Source: an uncultured Actinomycetota bacterium (GTDB lineage: Bacteria > Actinomycetota > Nitriliruptoria > Nitriliruptorales > JAHWKO01). Taken from it: DNA of 35,371 nt. The notes under the pieces were generated by a model. It was given only the letters and a program-made list of their open reading frames with translations, made no database searches and had not been told where the DNA came from. Where the stretch lies: NCBI GenBank assembly GCA_964483845.1, contig CAZADJ010000004.1, positions 1 through 35,371 of the forward strand, read 5' to 3'. This document shows positions 1 to 8,822 of the stretch, piece after piece. Every line of letters starts with the position of its first letter. The first letter of the stretch is position 1. A program made the position numbers and the translations under genes.

Positions 1-61
1 CACCGCCACCGATGCCGACCACCTTGATGACGGCGAGGTAGTTGTGCGGGGTCGAGGCCAT
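1..61 (-). CDS. ftsZ: FtsZ, first 20 codons only (gene runs off the left edge)
   Basis: Reverse complement reads ATG (59-61) MASTPHNYLAVIKVVGIGGG, the conserved actinobacterial FtsZ N-terminus. GGAG (69-72) lies 7 nt upstream. The gene lies downstream of ftsQ, as in dcw clusters. Confidence 0.9.
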   Translation of the reverse strand, partial: MASTPHNYLAVIKVVGIGGG

Positions 62-301
62 CTCTTCACTCCTTCGAGGCGTGGGCGGTCGGTCGATCGC
101 TCGGTCGTCGGTCGTCACTGCGGATCGTGCGGTGGCTCGTCTCCGTGCGCGGGTCCGTGCGCGCGGCGTCGGGGGGCGCCGTTCACCACCGTGCCCGTCG
201 CGGCACCGCGGCGCACGACGGCACCGGTGGCCACCCGACGCTGCACGGCATCCCGAGTGATCGCGACCCCCATCGCAACGGACGCTGCCTGGAACCCTAA
301 C

Positions 302-330
302 CCTCAACCTGAGGTCCAACATTATGTCAA
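302..330 (-). promoter_or_regulatory. AT-rich island in the ftsQ-ftsZ spacer with -35-like TTGACA (325-330) directly followed by TAATGT (319-324); candidate ftsZ promoter element
   Basis: This is the only AT-rich patch in a 369-bp GC-rich spacer. The hexamers match sigma-70-type consensus, but I could not pair them at a canonical 17-nt spacing. Confidence 0.3.
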
Positions 331-429
331 CCTCTGGTTCGGGTGGACGGTAGACGCAGGGGGCGGTGGGGTCAAGCGCGGTGGCACCACGCCGGGCCGT
401 CCGCCCGGACGGGGCTCCCCCGCGTGGTC

Positions 430-1212
430 TCAGGCGTCGACCTCACCGCCCCCCTCGGCCCCGCCCGGCGGGACGACGACCGGGTTCGCGGGCGCCCGCA
501 CGTCCACGAGCCACGGGCCGTCCTCCGGCAGGTCCGCGAGCAGCGCTCCGAGGACCCGGGCCTTCTCGGGCACGCGCTCCGCGCGTCCCAACCGCGCGCG
601 GACCTCGCCGCCGAGCACCAGGAGGACGTCGTCGGGCCCCGTCGCCTCGTAGGCCGAGACGTCGGCGCGCAGCGGGCCGGGGAGCGCGAGGTAGACGGCG
701 AACGCGTTGCGCACGGTCGGGTCCTCGGCCACCGACCCGCCGGGCACGGGCGGTTCGACGTCCCCGACGTCCACGACCGGGAGCGCCCCGGGCTCCTCGT
801 GGGCGACCACGATCCCCTCACGGTCGACGAGCGCGACCGTCCCGGCCCCGCTGACCGCGAGGACGGGCCGGCGCTCCTCCACGAGGATGCGCACGGTGAG
901 CGCGTCGGTGCGGCGCACCGTCGCGCGGCGGATCGCCGGCAGGCGCTCGACGCGCTCGGCCGCCGGGCCGAGCCGCAGACGCACCGTCGAGGTCCCCTCC
1001 GGCAGGGCCGCCGCGCTCCGGATCTCCTCCGGGTCGGCGCGATCGGCGCCGACGATCCGGACCTCGTTCAGCGCGAGGAGCGGGCTCCGCTCCACCCCGA
1101 CCAGCACCGCCACCACCGCGGCGACCGCCAGCCCGACCAGCGTGCGGCGGCGCCGCCGCGCCATGCGATCGCGTCGGACCTCCGCGCGGCGCTGTGCGAT
1201 CCGTGAGTCCAC
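430..1212 (-). CDS. ftsQ: Cell division protein FtsQ (POTRA + FtsQ domain, N-terminal TM anchor)
   Basis: 260-aa ORF with GTG start. It has a basic N-terminus, then the TM segment LVGLAVAAVVAVLVGV, then a POTRA-like LNEVRIVGADRADPEEI. It sits between murC and ftsZ. Confidence 0.85.
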   Translation of the reverse strand: MDSRIAQRRAEVRRDRMARRRRRTLVGLAVAAVVAVLVGVERSPLLALNEVRIVGADRADPEEIRSAAALPEGTSTVRLRLGPAAERVERLPAIRRATVRRTDALTVRILVEERRPVLAVSGAGTVALVDREGIVVAHEEPGALPVVDVGDVEPPVPGGSVAEDPTVRNAFAVYLALPGPLRADVSAYEATGPDDVLLVLGGEVRARLGRAERVPEKARVLGALLADLPEDGPWLVDVRAPANPVVVPPGGAEGGGEVDA

Positions 1213-1215
1213 GCC

Positions 1216-2622
1216 TCACCCCCCCAGCCGTCGGAGCAGCTCGGGCCCGATCTGGTTGACGTCGCCGGCGCCGGTGATCAGCACCAGGTCGCCCACGTCG
1301 AGGCGGTCCACCAGCAGGCCGGGGATCTCCCCGAGGCCGGGCTCGTAGATCACGTCCGCCCCCGCCTCCCGGGCGGCATCCGCCACGATCTCACCGGTCA
1401 CCCCCGGAACCGGATCCTCGCGCGCGCCGTAGACGTCGGTCACGACCACGAGATCGGCCCCCGCTGACGCCCGGCCCAGCTCGGCGCCGAGCGCCTCCGT
1501 GCGCGAGTAGAGGTGGGGCTGGACGACCACGACGAGGCGACCGTCGGCCACCGAGCGCGCGGCAGCGAGCGCGGCGCGGAGCTTCGTGGGGTTGTGCGCG
1601 TAGTCGTCGACGACCTCCACGCCGGCCGCGACCCCGAGCCGCTGGAAGCGCCGCTGGGGCCCCGTGAACGACGCGAGCGCGTCGGCCGCCCGCTCGAGGT
1701 CGGCCCCGAGGACGTGGCAGGTCGTGAGCGCGGCCGCGGCGTTGAGCAGGTTGTGGCGGCCCGGCATGGCGACGCGCACGCGGGCGATCGTCTCCCCGCC
1801 CGTCCGCAGCGTCGCCGACCCGTCGTCGTCGGCCGGCACCAGGCGGTAGTCCGATGTCGGGTCGACCCCGTAGGTGACCACGGGGGGCTCCGCGTCGGCG
1901 AGCCGCGCGGCGCCGGGATCGTCCCCGCAGATCACCGCGGGAGCGCCCGCCCGACGCTGTCGCAGGAAGGCGTGGAACGCCTCGACCGCATCGTGGAGAT
2001 CGGCGAACGCGTCCGGGTGGTCCGAGCCGACGTTGGTCACGACGGCGACATCGGAGGTGTAGGCGAGGAACGACCGATCGGACTCGTCCGCCTCCGCCAC
2101 GAAGAGCTCACCGCTTCCCGCGTGCGCGTTCGAGCCGGCCTCGTTCAACGCTCCACCGATCGCGAAGCTCGGATCGTGGCCGGCGCCCTGCAGCGAGACC
2201 ACGAGCATCGACGTCGTGGTGGTCTTCCCGTGCGTGCCGCTGACCAGCACGGTGCGCCGACCCCGCATCAGCGCGGCGAGCATCTCCGAACGGTGCAGCA
2301 CCGGGACGCCCCGGTCCGCTGCCGCGCGCAGCTCGACGTTGTCATCGTCGATCGCGGTCGAGCGGACCACCACCTCCGCGTCGCCCACCGCGTCGGCGTC
2401 GTGGCCGACCCGGATCTCGGCACCCATCGTGCGGAGGGCGTCGAGGGTGCGGCTCTCCTGGCGGTCCGACCCCGACACCTCGTGCCCCCGCTGGATGAGC
2501 ATCCTCGCGATCCCGCTCATCCCCGCTCCGCCGATCCCGACGAGGTGCGCCCGGCGACGGTGCGACAGGTCGATCGTCCCCTCGGGTGCCCCGTCGACGC
2601 CGTCCGCGTCCTCGCGCGTCAT
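1216..2622 (-). CDS. murC: UDP-N-acetylmuramate--L-alanine ligase
   Basis: The real start is ATG 2620-2622 (MTREDADG...), overlapping the murG stop as ATGA. It has the HLVGIGGAGMSGIA nucleotide loop and the Mur-ligase P-loop GTHGKTTTTSM. The longer track ORF (to 3030) is an Arg/Gly-rich artefactual extension. Confidence 0.93.
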   Translation of the reverse strand: MTREDADGVDGAPEGTIDLSHRRRAHLVGIGGAGMSGIARMLIQRGHEVSGSDRQESRTLDALRTMGAEIRVGHDADAVGDAEVVVRSTAIDDDNVELRAAADRGVPVLHRSEMLAALMRGRRTVLVSGTHGKTTTTSMLVVSLQGAGHDPSFAIGGALNEAGSNAHAGSGELFVAEADESDRSFLAYTSDVAVVTNVGSDHPDAFADLHDAVEAFHAFLRQRRAGAPAVICGDDPGAARLADAEPPVVTYGVDPTSDYRLVPADDDGSATLRTGGETIARVRVAMPGRHNLLNAAAALTTCHVLGADLERAADALASFTGPQRRFQRLGVAAGVEVVDDYAHNPTKLRAALAAARSVADGRLVVVVQPHLYSRTEALGAELGRASAGADLVVVTDVYGAREDPVPGVTGEIVADAAREAGADVIYEPGLGEIPGLLVDRLDVGDLVLITGAGDVNQIGPELLRRLGG

Positions 2623-3806
2623 GATCCCCCTCCCTCCACGAGCTCGACCAGCGTCCGGGCGACGTTCTCGGCCGCGTCCGGGCGCCCGAACGCCCGGGCG
2701 GCCGCGGCGACCTCCCCCCGTCGGTCGTCGTCGGTGAGCAACGGCTCCACCGCGTCGACCAGCGTGTGCCCGTCCAGGGCCTCGTCGAGCACGACCTGCG
2801 CCGCGCCGGCGCGGCGCAGTGCGAACGCGTTCTCCTTCTGGTGGTCCCCGGTCGCGTGCGGGTACGGCACCAGCACCGCGGGGATGCCGAGCACGGTCAG
2901 CTCCGCGATCGAGGTCGCCCCGGCGCGGCACAGCACGACGTCCGCGGCCGCGTACGCGTCGGCCATGTCCTCGATGAAGTCGACGCACCGCACCAGCGGG
3001 CCGCCGTCGGCCGCGCGCGCCCGCTCCCACGCCGCCGCAGACTCACCGTGCAGCGCGCGGCCCGCCGCGTGCAGCAGCTGGATCTCGTCCGGGGTGCGCC
3101 ACAGCCGGTAGCTGGCCACGGCTGCGTCGTTCAGCCGTCGTGCGCCCTGGCTGCCGCCGAACACCAGCACCGTCCGCCGATCGCGGTCGAGTCCGAAGCG
3201 CTCGCGTGCCCCGGGCCGTCGCGCGTCGAGGTCCAGACCGAGCATCTCGCTCCGGACCGGGTTGCCGGTCACCACGACGCGTTCGGGCTGGGGGAAGCGG
3301 TCGGCCGATCCGGGGAAGGTGACCGCGACCCGCTGCGCCCACCGGGCCGCGATGCGGTTGGCGAGCCCGGGGACGGAGTTCTGCTCGTGGACCACCAGCG
3401 GCAGCTCGAGGCGGCGGGCCGCCCACGAGAGCGGGAAGCTCACGTAGCCGCCGAAACTGAGCGCAGCGGCCACCTGCTCGCGTTCGGCGATCGCTGCGAC
3501 CCGCCGGATGGAGCGACGCAGGGCGAACGGCAGCCGCAGGATCGCCGGCGAGGCTCGTCGGGGCACCGGGACCATCTCGATACGCTCCAGCTCGAACCCG
3601 GCCGCCGGGACCAGCTTGTCCTCGAGCCGGTCGGCGGTGCCGATGAACAACGGCCTCCACCCCGCGGTCGCCAGGACACGCGCGACCGCGACCGCCGGGA
3701 AGACGTGGCCGGCGGTCCCCCCGCCCGCGACCAGGACGGTCCGTCCGCCGCCGGGCACGGCGGCGTCCCCGGAGGCGTCGGCCGTGCGCGCCGTGTCGCC
3801 GCTCAT
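2619..3806 (-). CDS. murG: Undecaprenyl-PP-MurNAc-pentapeptide GlcNAc transferase
   Basis: Start is ATG 3804-3806 (MSGDTARTAD...), overlapping the ftsW stop as ATGA. It carries the GGGTAGHVFPA G-loop typical of MurG. The upstream part of the 772-aa track ORF overlaps ftsW and is an artefact. Confidence 0.93.
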   Translation of the reverse strand: MSGDTARTADASGDAAVPGGGRTVLVAGGGTAGHVFPAVAVARVLATAGWRPLFIGTADRLEDKLVPAAGFELERIEMVPVPRRASPAILRLPFALRRSIRRVAAIAEREQVAAALSFGGYVSFPLSWAARRLELPLVVHEQNSVPGLANRIAARWAQRVAVTFPGSADRFPQPERVVVTGNPVRSEMLGLDLDARRPGARERFGLDRDRRTVLVFGGSQGARRLNDAAVASYRLWRTPDEIQLLHAAGRALHGESAAAWERARAADGGPLVRCVDFIEDMADAYAAADVVLCRAGATSIAELTVLGIPAVLVPYPHATGDHQKENAFALRRAGAAQVVLDEALDGHTLVDAVEPLLTDDDRRGEVAAAARAFGRPDAAENVARTLVELVEGGGS

Positions 3807-5002
3807 GCCGCCACCTCGGTCCGGTCGGACACCTCCGGGACGGGGACCGCGCTCCGGGCGACCGCGACGACCAGCGCCAGCGCCGTCAGGGTCACGACCA
3901 GCGACGACCCCCCGACGGAGACCAGCGGCAGCGTGACCCCCGTGATCGGCAGCAGGCCGGTGACCGCGCCGACGTTGACGATCGCCTGGCCGGCGATCCA
4001 GCCGGTGACACCGAACGCGACGATCCGGCCGAAGGTGTCCGACGCGCTGCGGGTCACCCGCAGCCCGATGGCGAGGAGCGCCACGAACATGAACAGCACC
4101 ACCGCAGCCCCGACCAGCCCGAGCTCCTCCCCGATGATCGCGAAGACGAAGTCGGTCTCCGGGTTGGGGATGAAGTTCCACTTGCCGCGGCTCTGACCCA
4201 ACCCGACGCCGAACCAGCCGCCGGTGGCCAGCGCGTACGCGGATTGGAGGAGCTGGTAGCCGCTTCCCAACGGGTCCGCTTCCGGTCGCCACCACCCGAG
4301 GATCCGAGCGAAACGGTACGGGGCGGCGAGCGCCGCTACCGCCGCGAGCGCCGCCCCGGACCCGAGGAGGACCGCGAACGTCGGGAGGCGGACGCCCTCG
4401 ATCCACAGCACCAGTGCGACGATGAGCCCGAGCAGGAGGGCCGTCCCGAGGTCCGGCTCGAGGAGCACGAGCCCGCCGACGATCCCGAGCGCCGGCAGCG
4501 CCGGCACGAGCAGGTGCGAGGGACGTGCGTGCACATCGAGGCCGTGCTCGCGCTTGCGCGCGTGCACGTCGGCCAGCCAGAGCAGCAGCGCGAACTTGGC
4601 GATCTCCGAGGGCTGGACCACCACCGGTCCGACCGCGAGCCACCGGCTCGACCCACCCTCGACGAGCCCCACGCCGGGCGCCAGGACGAGCGCGAGCCCG
4701 AGCATGCTGAGCGGCAGCAGCACCCAGGCGACCGGGCGCCAGGCGCGGTGGTCGGTCGCCGCGACGATCACGAACACCACGACCCCGACCCCCGCCCAGG
4801 CCGCCTGGCGACGGAACACCCCGAACGGATCCCCACCCTGTGCGGCGTCCACGAAGGAGGCGGAGAAGCTCATGACCAGCCCGACGACCACCAGCAACCC
4901 GACGATGGTGGCGATCGCCACCGCGTCCGCGTTCCACGGTCCGCTGCGGGCCCGGCGCGTACCACGTCGGAGCCGTCGACCGAGCCGTCGGTCGTCAGTC
5001 AC
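3803..5002 (-). CDS. ftsW: SEDS-family peptidoglycan glycosyltransferase FtsW
   Basis: 399-aa polytopic membrane protein with FtsW/RodA-like sequence (SRGKWNFIPNPETDFVFAIIGEELG). It occupies the ftsW slot between murD and murG. Confidence 0.9.
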   Translation of the reverse strand: MTDDRRLGRRLRRGTRRARSGPWNADAVAIATIVGLLVVVGLVMSFSASFVDAAQGGDPFGVFRRQAAWAGVGVVVFVIVAATDHRAWRPVAWVLLPLSMLGLALVLAPGVGLVEGGSSRWLAVGPVVVQPSEIAKFALLLWLADVHARKREHGLDVHARPSHLLVPALPALGIVGGLVLLEPDLGTALLLGLIVALVLWIEGVRLPTFAVLLGSGAALAAVAALAAPYRFARILGWWRPEADPLGSGYQLLQSAYALATGGWFGVGLGQSRGKWNFIPNPETDFVFAIIGEELGLVGAAVVLFMFVALLAIGLRVTRSASDTFGRIVAFGVTGWIAGQAIVNVGAVTGLLPITGVTLPLVSVGGSSLVVTLTALALVVAVARSAVPVPEVSDRTEVAA

Positions 5003-6404
5003 CGGTCACCTCCCGCGTCCGCCCGGACGGCCCCGCCTCCAACGTCGACACCGCGGCCGCGAAGCGGTCACCGCGGTCCGCGTAGTCGACGAACTGGTCG
5101 AACGACGCGCACGCCGGTGCCAGCAGCACCGTGTCGCCCGGCTCGGCGTGGTCGGCGGCCGCGCGGACCGCCTCCTCCATGGTCTCGGCGCGCGTCGTCG
5201 GCACCCCGTGCTCGCCGGCCAGCTCGCCGAGCCGGTCAGCGGACGCCCCGATCAGGACCACGTGCCGCACGGCGGCGAGTGCACCGCCGAGCGGGCGCAG
5301 ATCGAGCCCCTTGGCGAGTCCGCCGGCGATCCAGACGATCCCCCCGGCGCCGCCGGCCGTGGCTCGCAGGGCGGCGACCGCCGCGTGGGGGTTGGTCGCC
5401 TTGGAGTCGTCCACGTACCGGACCCCGCCGCGCTCCCCGACGAGCTCGAGCCGGTGGGCGCCCGGGCGGAACCGGCGGGCCGCCGCCACCACCGGTGCCG
5501 GGTCAGCGCCGGCGAGCAGGGCCGCCGCCGCGGCCGCGGCCACGTTCGCGATGTGGTGGGGCGCCGTGAGGGACAGCTCATCGACGGCGAGCAACGGGCC
5601 ATCGAAGGTCGGCAGGTCCGCGGTGAGCACGCCGTCGGCGACGCCGACCCCCACCGCGGGCACACGGTCCGCGCTGATCCACGCGACCCGACCCGGCGCG
5701 TGTCGACGCACCAGCTCGGCCGAGCGCGGCTCGTCGGCGTTGCCGACGGCCCAGTCGTCGGCGCCCTGTGCGGACCAGATCCGGACCTTGGCGGCGGCGT
5801 ACGACTCCATGTCCGCGTGCCAGTCGAGGTGGTCGGGCGCGAGGTTGAGCAGGACACCGACCGCCGGGCGCAGCGTGTCGACGAAGCGCAGCTGGAAGGA
5901 CGAGAGCTCCGCGACCAACAGCGCGTCGCCGGGCGAGGAGCGCGCCGCGTCGGTGAAGACGTTGCCGATGTTCCCGCAGGCGATGACCGGGCGGTCGCGG
6001 TCGGCGAGCATCTTCGCCGTCAGCTCCGTCACGGTCGTCTTCCCGTTCGTCCCGGTCACCCCGATGATCTCGCGTGGCGCGAGCCGGTAGCCGAGCTCCG
6101 GCTCGGACCACACCGTGACGGAGCGGTCGAGCGCCCGACCGATCACCGGCGCCCCCTCGGGGACCCCGGGCGAGGGCACCACGACGTCGACGCCGTCGAC
6201 CAGCCCGGCGACCCCGTCGTCGGTCGCACCGACGTGGAGCTCGATCCGCCGGGCGATCGCGGGCGGGAGGGTGACCTCCGGGCTGCTGTCGGCGGCGACG
6301 ACCTCGACCCCCGCGTCGAGGAGGGCCCTCACGACCGGCACGCCCGAGCGACCGAGCCCGACGACGAGGGCGCGGTCGATCGCTGACAGGGGTCGATCAG
6401 ACAC
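4995..6404 (-). CDS. murD: UDP-N-acetylmuramoylalanine--D-glutamate ligase
   Basis: It has VVGLGRSGVP in the N-terminal Rossmann loop and the GVTGTNGKTTVTEL P-loop. It overlaps both ftsW and mraY by 8 nt. Confidence 0.93.
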   Translation of the reverse strand: MSDRPLSAIDRALVVGLGRSGVPVVRALLDAGVEVVAADSSPEVTLPPAIARRIELHVGATDDGVAGLVDGVDVVVPSPGVPEGAPVIGRALDRSVTVWSEPELGYRLAPREIIGVTGTNGKTTVTELTAKMLADRDRPVIACGNIGNVFTDAARSSPGDALLVAELSSFQLRFVDTLRPAVGVLLNLAPDHLDWHADMESYAAAKVRIWSAQGADDWAVGNADEPRSAELVRRHAPGRVAWISADRVPAVGVGVADGVLTADLPTFDGPLLAVDELSLTAPHHIANVAAAAAAALLAGADPAPVVAAARRFRPGAHRLELVGERGGVRYVDDSKATNPHAAVAALRATAGGAGGIVWIAGGLAKGLDLRPLGGALAAVRHVVLIGASADRLGELAGEHGVPTTRAETMEEAVRAAADHAEPGDTVLLAPACASFDQFVDYADRGDRFAAAVSTLEAGPSGRTREVTGD

Positions 6405-7431
6405 CGAGACCTCCCGCGGTGAGGAAGTCCGTGTAGAAGATCCCGAGCCCGACGGCGACCCCGATACCGGTGATGATCCAGAAGCGGACGATGACCGTGG
6501 TCTCCTGCCAACCCTGCAGCTCGAAGTGGTGGTGCACGGGCGCCATCTGGAGGACGCGGGTGCCGAACCCGCGGAAGGCGACCACCTGCAGCAGCACCGA
6601 CATCGTCTCCATCACGAAGATCCCGCCGACGACGACGAGGAGGAAGTGCGTGTTGGTCGCGAGCGCGAGCCCGGCGAGCAGCCCCCCGAGCGCGAGCGAC
6701 CCCGTGTCCCCCATGAAGATCGACGCGGGGGGCGCGTTCCACCAGAGGAAGCCCGCCGTCGCGGCCATCGCGCTCGCGGCGATCACCGCGAGCTCCAGCG
6801 CGGCCGCCGGCTCGATCGTGTACAGATCGGGGTGCCGCAGCTGCCAGAAGGCCACGAGGGTGAACGCCGCCAGGACCTGCACGCTGGAACCGGCGGCGAG
6901 GCCGTCGAGTCCGTCCGTGAGGTTCACGGCGTTCGAGGTCCCCGCCAGCATGACGAAGACCCAGACCAGGAACAGCGCGAACGGGAGCTCCGGCCCGAAC
7001 TCGCGAGCGAACGAGAACTGCGGCTGGACACCGCCGAAGGTCGTCCCGAGGTAGGTGAACAGGATCGCGACCGTGGCCTGTCCCCCGAACTTCGCGGTCT
7101 TGTTCAGGCCGAGGTTCCGGTTCATCCGGATCTTGATGAAGTCGTCGAGGAACCCGACGCCGGCCATCGCGACGAACGTCGCGACGACCAGCAGACCCGT
7201 GGGCGTGAACGAGAGCCCGACGAACCTCGCCGCCGCGTACCCGGCGATCGCCGAGACGACGATCGCGGTCCCGCCCATCGTCGGTGTCCCGGCCTTCTGG
7301 GCGTGGAGGTGCTCGGTGTCCTCCCGGATCATCTGTCCGAACCCCCGGGCACGGAAGTAGCGGATCACGAACGGCGTGACGAGCACGGCCACGACGAACG
7401 CGACCGTCGCCCCGACCAGGATCGCCCTCAT
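6397..7431 (-). CDS. mraY: Phospho-N-acetylmuramoyl-pentapeptide transferase
   Basis: 344-aa membrane protein with the MraY motifs KAGTPTMGG, NAVNLTDGLDGLA and GDTGSLALGG. Confidence 0.95.
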   Translation of the reverse strand: MRAILVGATVAFVVAVLVTPFVIRYFRARGFGQMIREDTEHLHAQKAGTPTMGGTAIVVSAIAGYAAARFVGLSFTPTGLLVVATFVAMAGVGFLDDFIKIRMNRNLGLNKTAKFGGQATVAILFTYLGTTFGGVQPQFSFAREFGPELPFALFLVWVFVMLAGTSNAVNLTDGLDGLAAGSSVQVLAAFTLVAFWQLRHPDLYTIEPAAALELAVIAASAMAATAGFLWWNAPPASIFMGDTGSLALGGLLAGLALATNTHFLLVVVGGIFVMETMSVLLQVVAFRGFGTRVLQMAPVHHHFELQGWQETTVIVRFWIITGIGVAVGLGIFYTDFLTAGGLGV

Positions 7432-8822
7432 CGTGCGTCGCCCACCGCGAGGCCCTCGGCGACACGCTCCAGGCCGGCGACACGACTGGCCTTCACGAGC
7501 ACGACGTCGCCGTCCCCGGCCGCCCCGGCGACCAGCTCGAGGGCACCCTCCGCGTCCGCGACGTGGTGGCGGTGGTCGGCGGGCATGCCCGCGGACCTGG
7601 CCCCGGCCAGCATCGGCGCCGCCTCCTCACCCACCACCACGAGTCGGTCGACGCCGCGGGCGACACAGTGCTCGCCGACCTCCTCGTGGGCGCGTTCGGA
7701 GCCGGCCCCGAGCTCGGCCATCACCCCGAGCACCGCCCACGTCCGCGCACCAGCGGGCCGCTCGACGCGGACGAGGGTCTCGACGGCGGCGCGCACCGAG
7801 AGGGGGTTCGCGTTGTACGCGTCGTTCAGCACCACGAGCCCGTCCGCCTCGATCACCGCGCTCCGCCACTCCGAGACGCTGGCGGCACCGATCGCGGCGG
7901 CGGCCGCCCCCACGTCCACACCGACCGCTCCGGCCGCGGTGAGCGCAGCGAGCGCGTTGGTGACGTGGTGCGCACCCGCGATCGGCAACGAGACCTCGAC
8001 CTCCCCCCAGGGGCTCCTGGCCGTGAAGGTCGCCCGCGCGAGTCGATCCAGGCGGACGTCTCGGGCGGTCACGTCGGCGTCGGTGTCGACCGCGAACGTC
8101 AACACGCGTCCGGGCGCGGCGTCCGCCATCGCCGCGACCCGCCGGTCGTCGGCGTTCAGCACGGCCGTCCCGTCGACGTCGAGCGACTCGACGAGCTCGC
8201 GCTTGGCACGCGCCACCGTCTCGAGATCACCGAACATCTCGAGGTGCGCGCCGGCGACGACGGTCACGATGGCGACATCGGGGGCGACGGCGGGAGCGAG
8301 GGCGGCGATGTGGCCGACACCACGGGCGCCGATCTCGACGACGAGGGCTTCGGTGTCCGGCCGGATCGCGAGGCACGTCAGCGGGACCCCGACCTCGTTG
8401 TTGTACGACCCCTCCGCAGCGACGGTCGCCAGCTCGGCCCCGAGCCCCGCGGCGGTCAGGTCCTTCGTGGTGGTCTTGCCGACGGAGCCGGTCAGCGCCA
8501 ACACGGTCGGATCCACGCGCCGTCGGACCTCCCCACCGAGCTCGAGGAGCGCCTGCCACGTGTCATCGACCACGATGCCCGGTGCGGCGGGGTCCTCGAC
8601 CGGGCGTTCGGCCAGGTAGGCGATCGCGCCGGCGGCCAGCGCCTCACCGATGTGGTCGTGGCCGTCGTGGCGGTCGCCCCGGAGCGCGACGAACAGCGAG
8701 TCGTCGGGCACGTCCCGGCTGTCGGTGGTCACGGCGGTGACGACCGTCTCCCCGCCGCCGGTGGGTCCGGCCGGCGATCCACCGACGGCGGTCGTGATCG
8801 CATCGACCGACAGGGGGATCAT
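7428..8822 (-). CDS. murF: UDP-MurNAc-tripeptide--D-Ala-D-Ala ligase
   Basis: Start is ATG 8820-8822 (MIPLSVDAITTAVGG...), overlapping the murE stop as ATGA. It has the P-loop LTGSVGKTTTKDL. The part of the track ORF upstream of 8822 overlaps murE and is an artefact. Confidence 0.92.
   Translation of the reverse strand: MIPLSVDAITTAVGGSPAGPTGGGETVVTAVTTDSRDVPDDSLFVALRGDRHDGHDHIGEALAAGAIAYLAERPVEDPAAPGIVVDDTWQALLELGGEVRRRVDPTVLALTGSVGKTTTKDLTAAGLGAELATVAAEGSYNNEVGVPLTCLAIRPDTEALVVEIGARGVGHIAALAPAVAPDVAIVTVVAGAHLEMFGDLETVARAKRELVESLDVDGTAVLNADDRRVAAMADAAPGRVLTFAVDTDADVTARDVRLDRLARATFTARSPWGEVEVSLPIAGAHHVTNALAALTAAGAVGVDVGAAAAAIGAASVSEWRSAVIEADGLVVLNDAYNANPLSVRAAVETLVRVERPAGARTWAVLGVMAELGAGSERAHEEVGEHCVARGVDRLVVVGEEAAPMLAGARSAGMPADHRHHVADAEGALELVAGAAGDGDVVLVKASRVAGLERVAEGLAVGDAR

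Noticed and set aside
2623-3030. N-terminal extension of murC in the track. Analogous extensions are murG 3807-4937, murF 8823-9572 and ftsL 12695-12907.
   Set aside because: The extensions overlap the upstream gene in another frame and are Arg/Gly-rich. Conserved N-termini begin at internal ATGs that form ATGA overlaps with the upstream stop.
4422-6386. 654-aa plus-strand ORF antisense to ftsW/murD. Similar long antisense or off-frame ORFs are 1513-3111 (+), 2766-4196 (+), 6115-8619 (+), 7563-9251 (+), 8915-10474 (+) and 10471-12513 (+).
   Set aside because: The translations are Arg/Pro/Gly/Ala/Ser-rich and low in complexity, with no recognisable motifs. Each lies opposite a gene with unambiguous Mur/Fts motifs. 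Long stop-free antisense frames are expected at about 73% GC.
7005-7016. Isolated CGAAC or GTTCG half-sites as additional SOS boxes, for example 7005-7016, 11294-11310, 13986-14000 and 33547-33556
   Set aside because: None has the inverted partner at the 4-nt spacing, and all are inside coding sequence.
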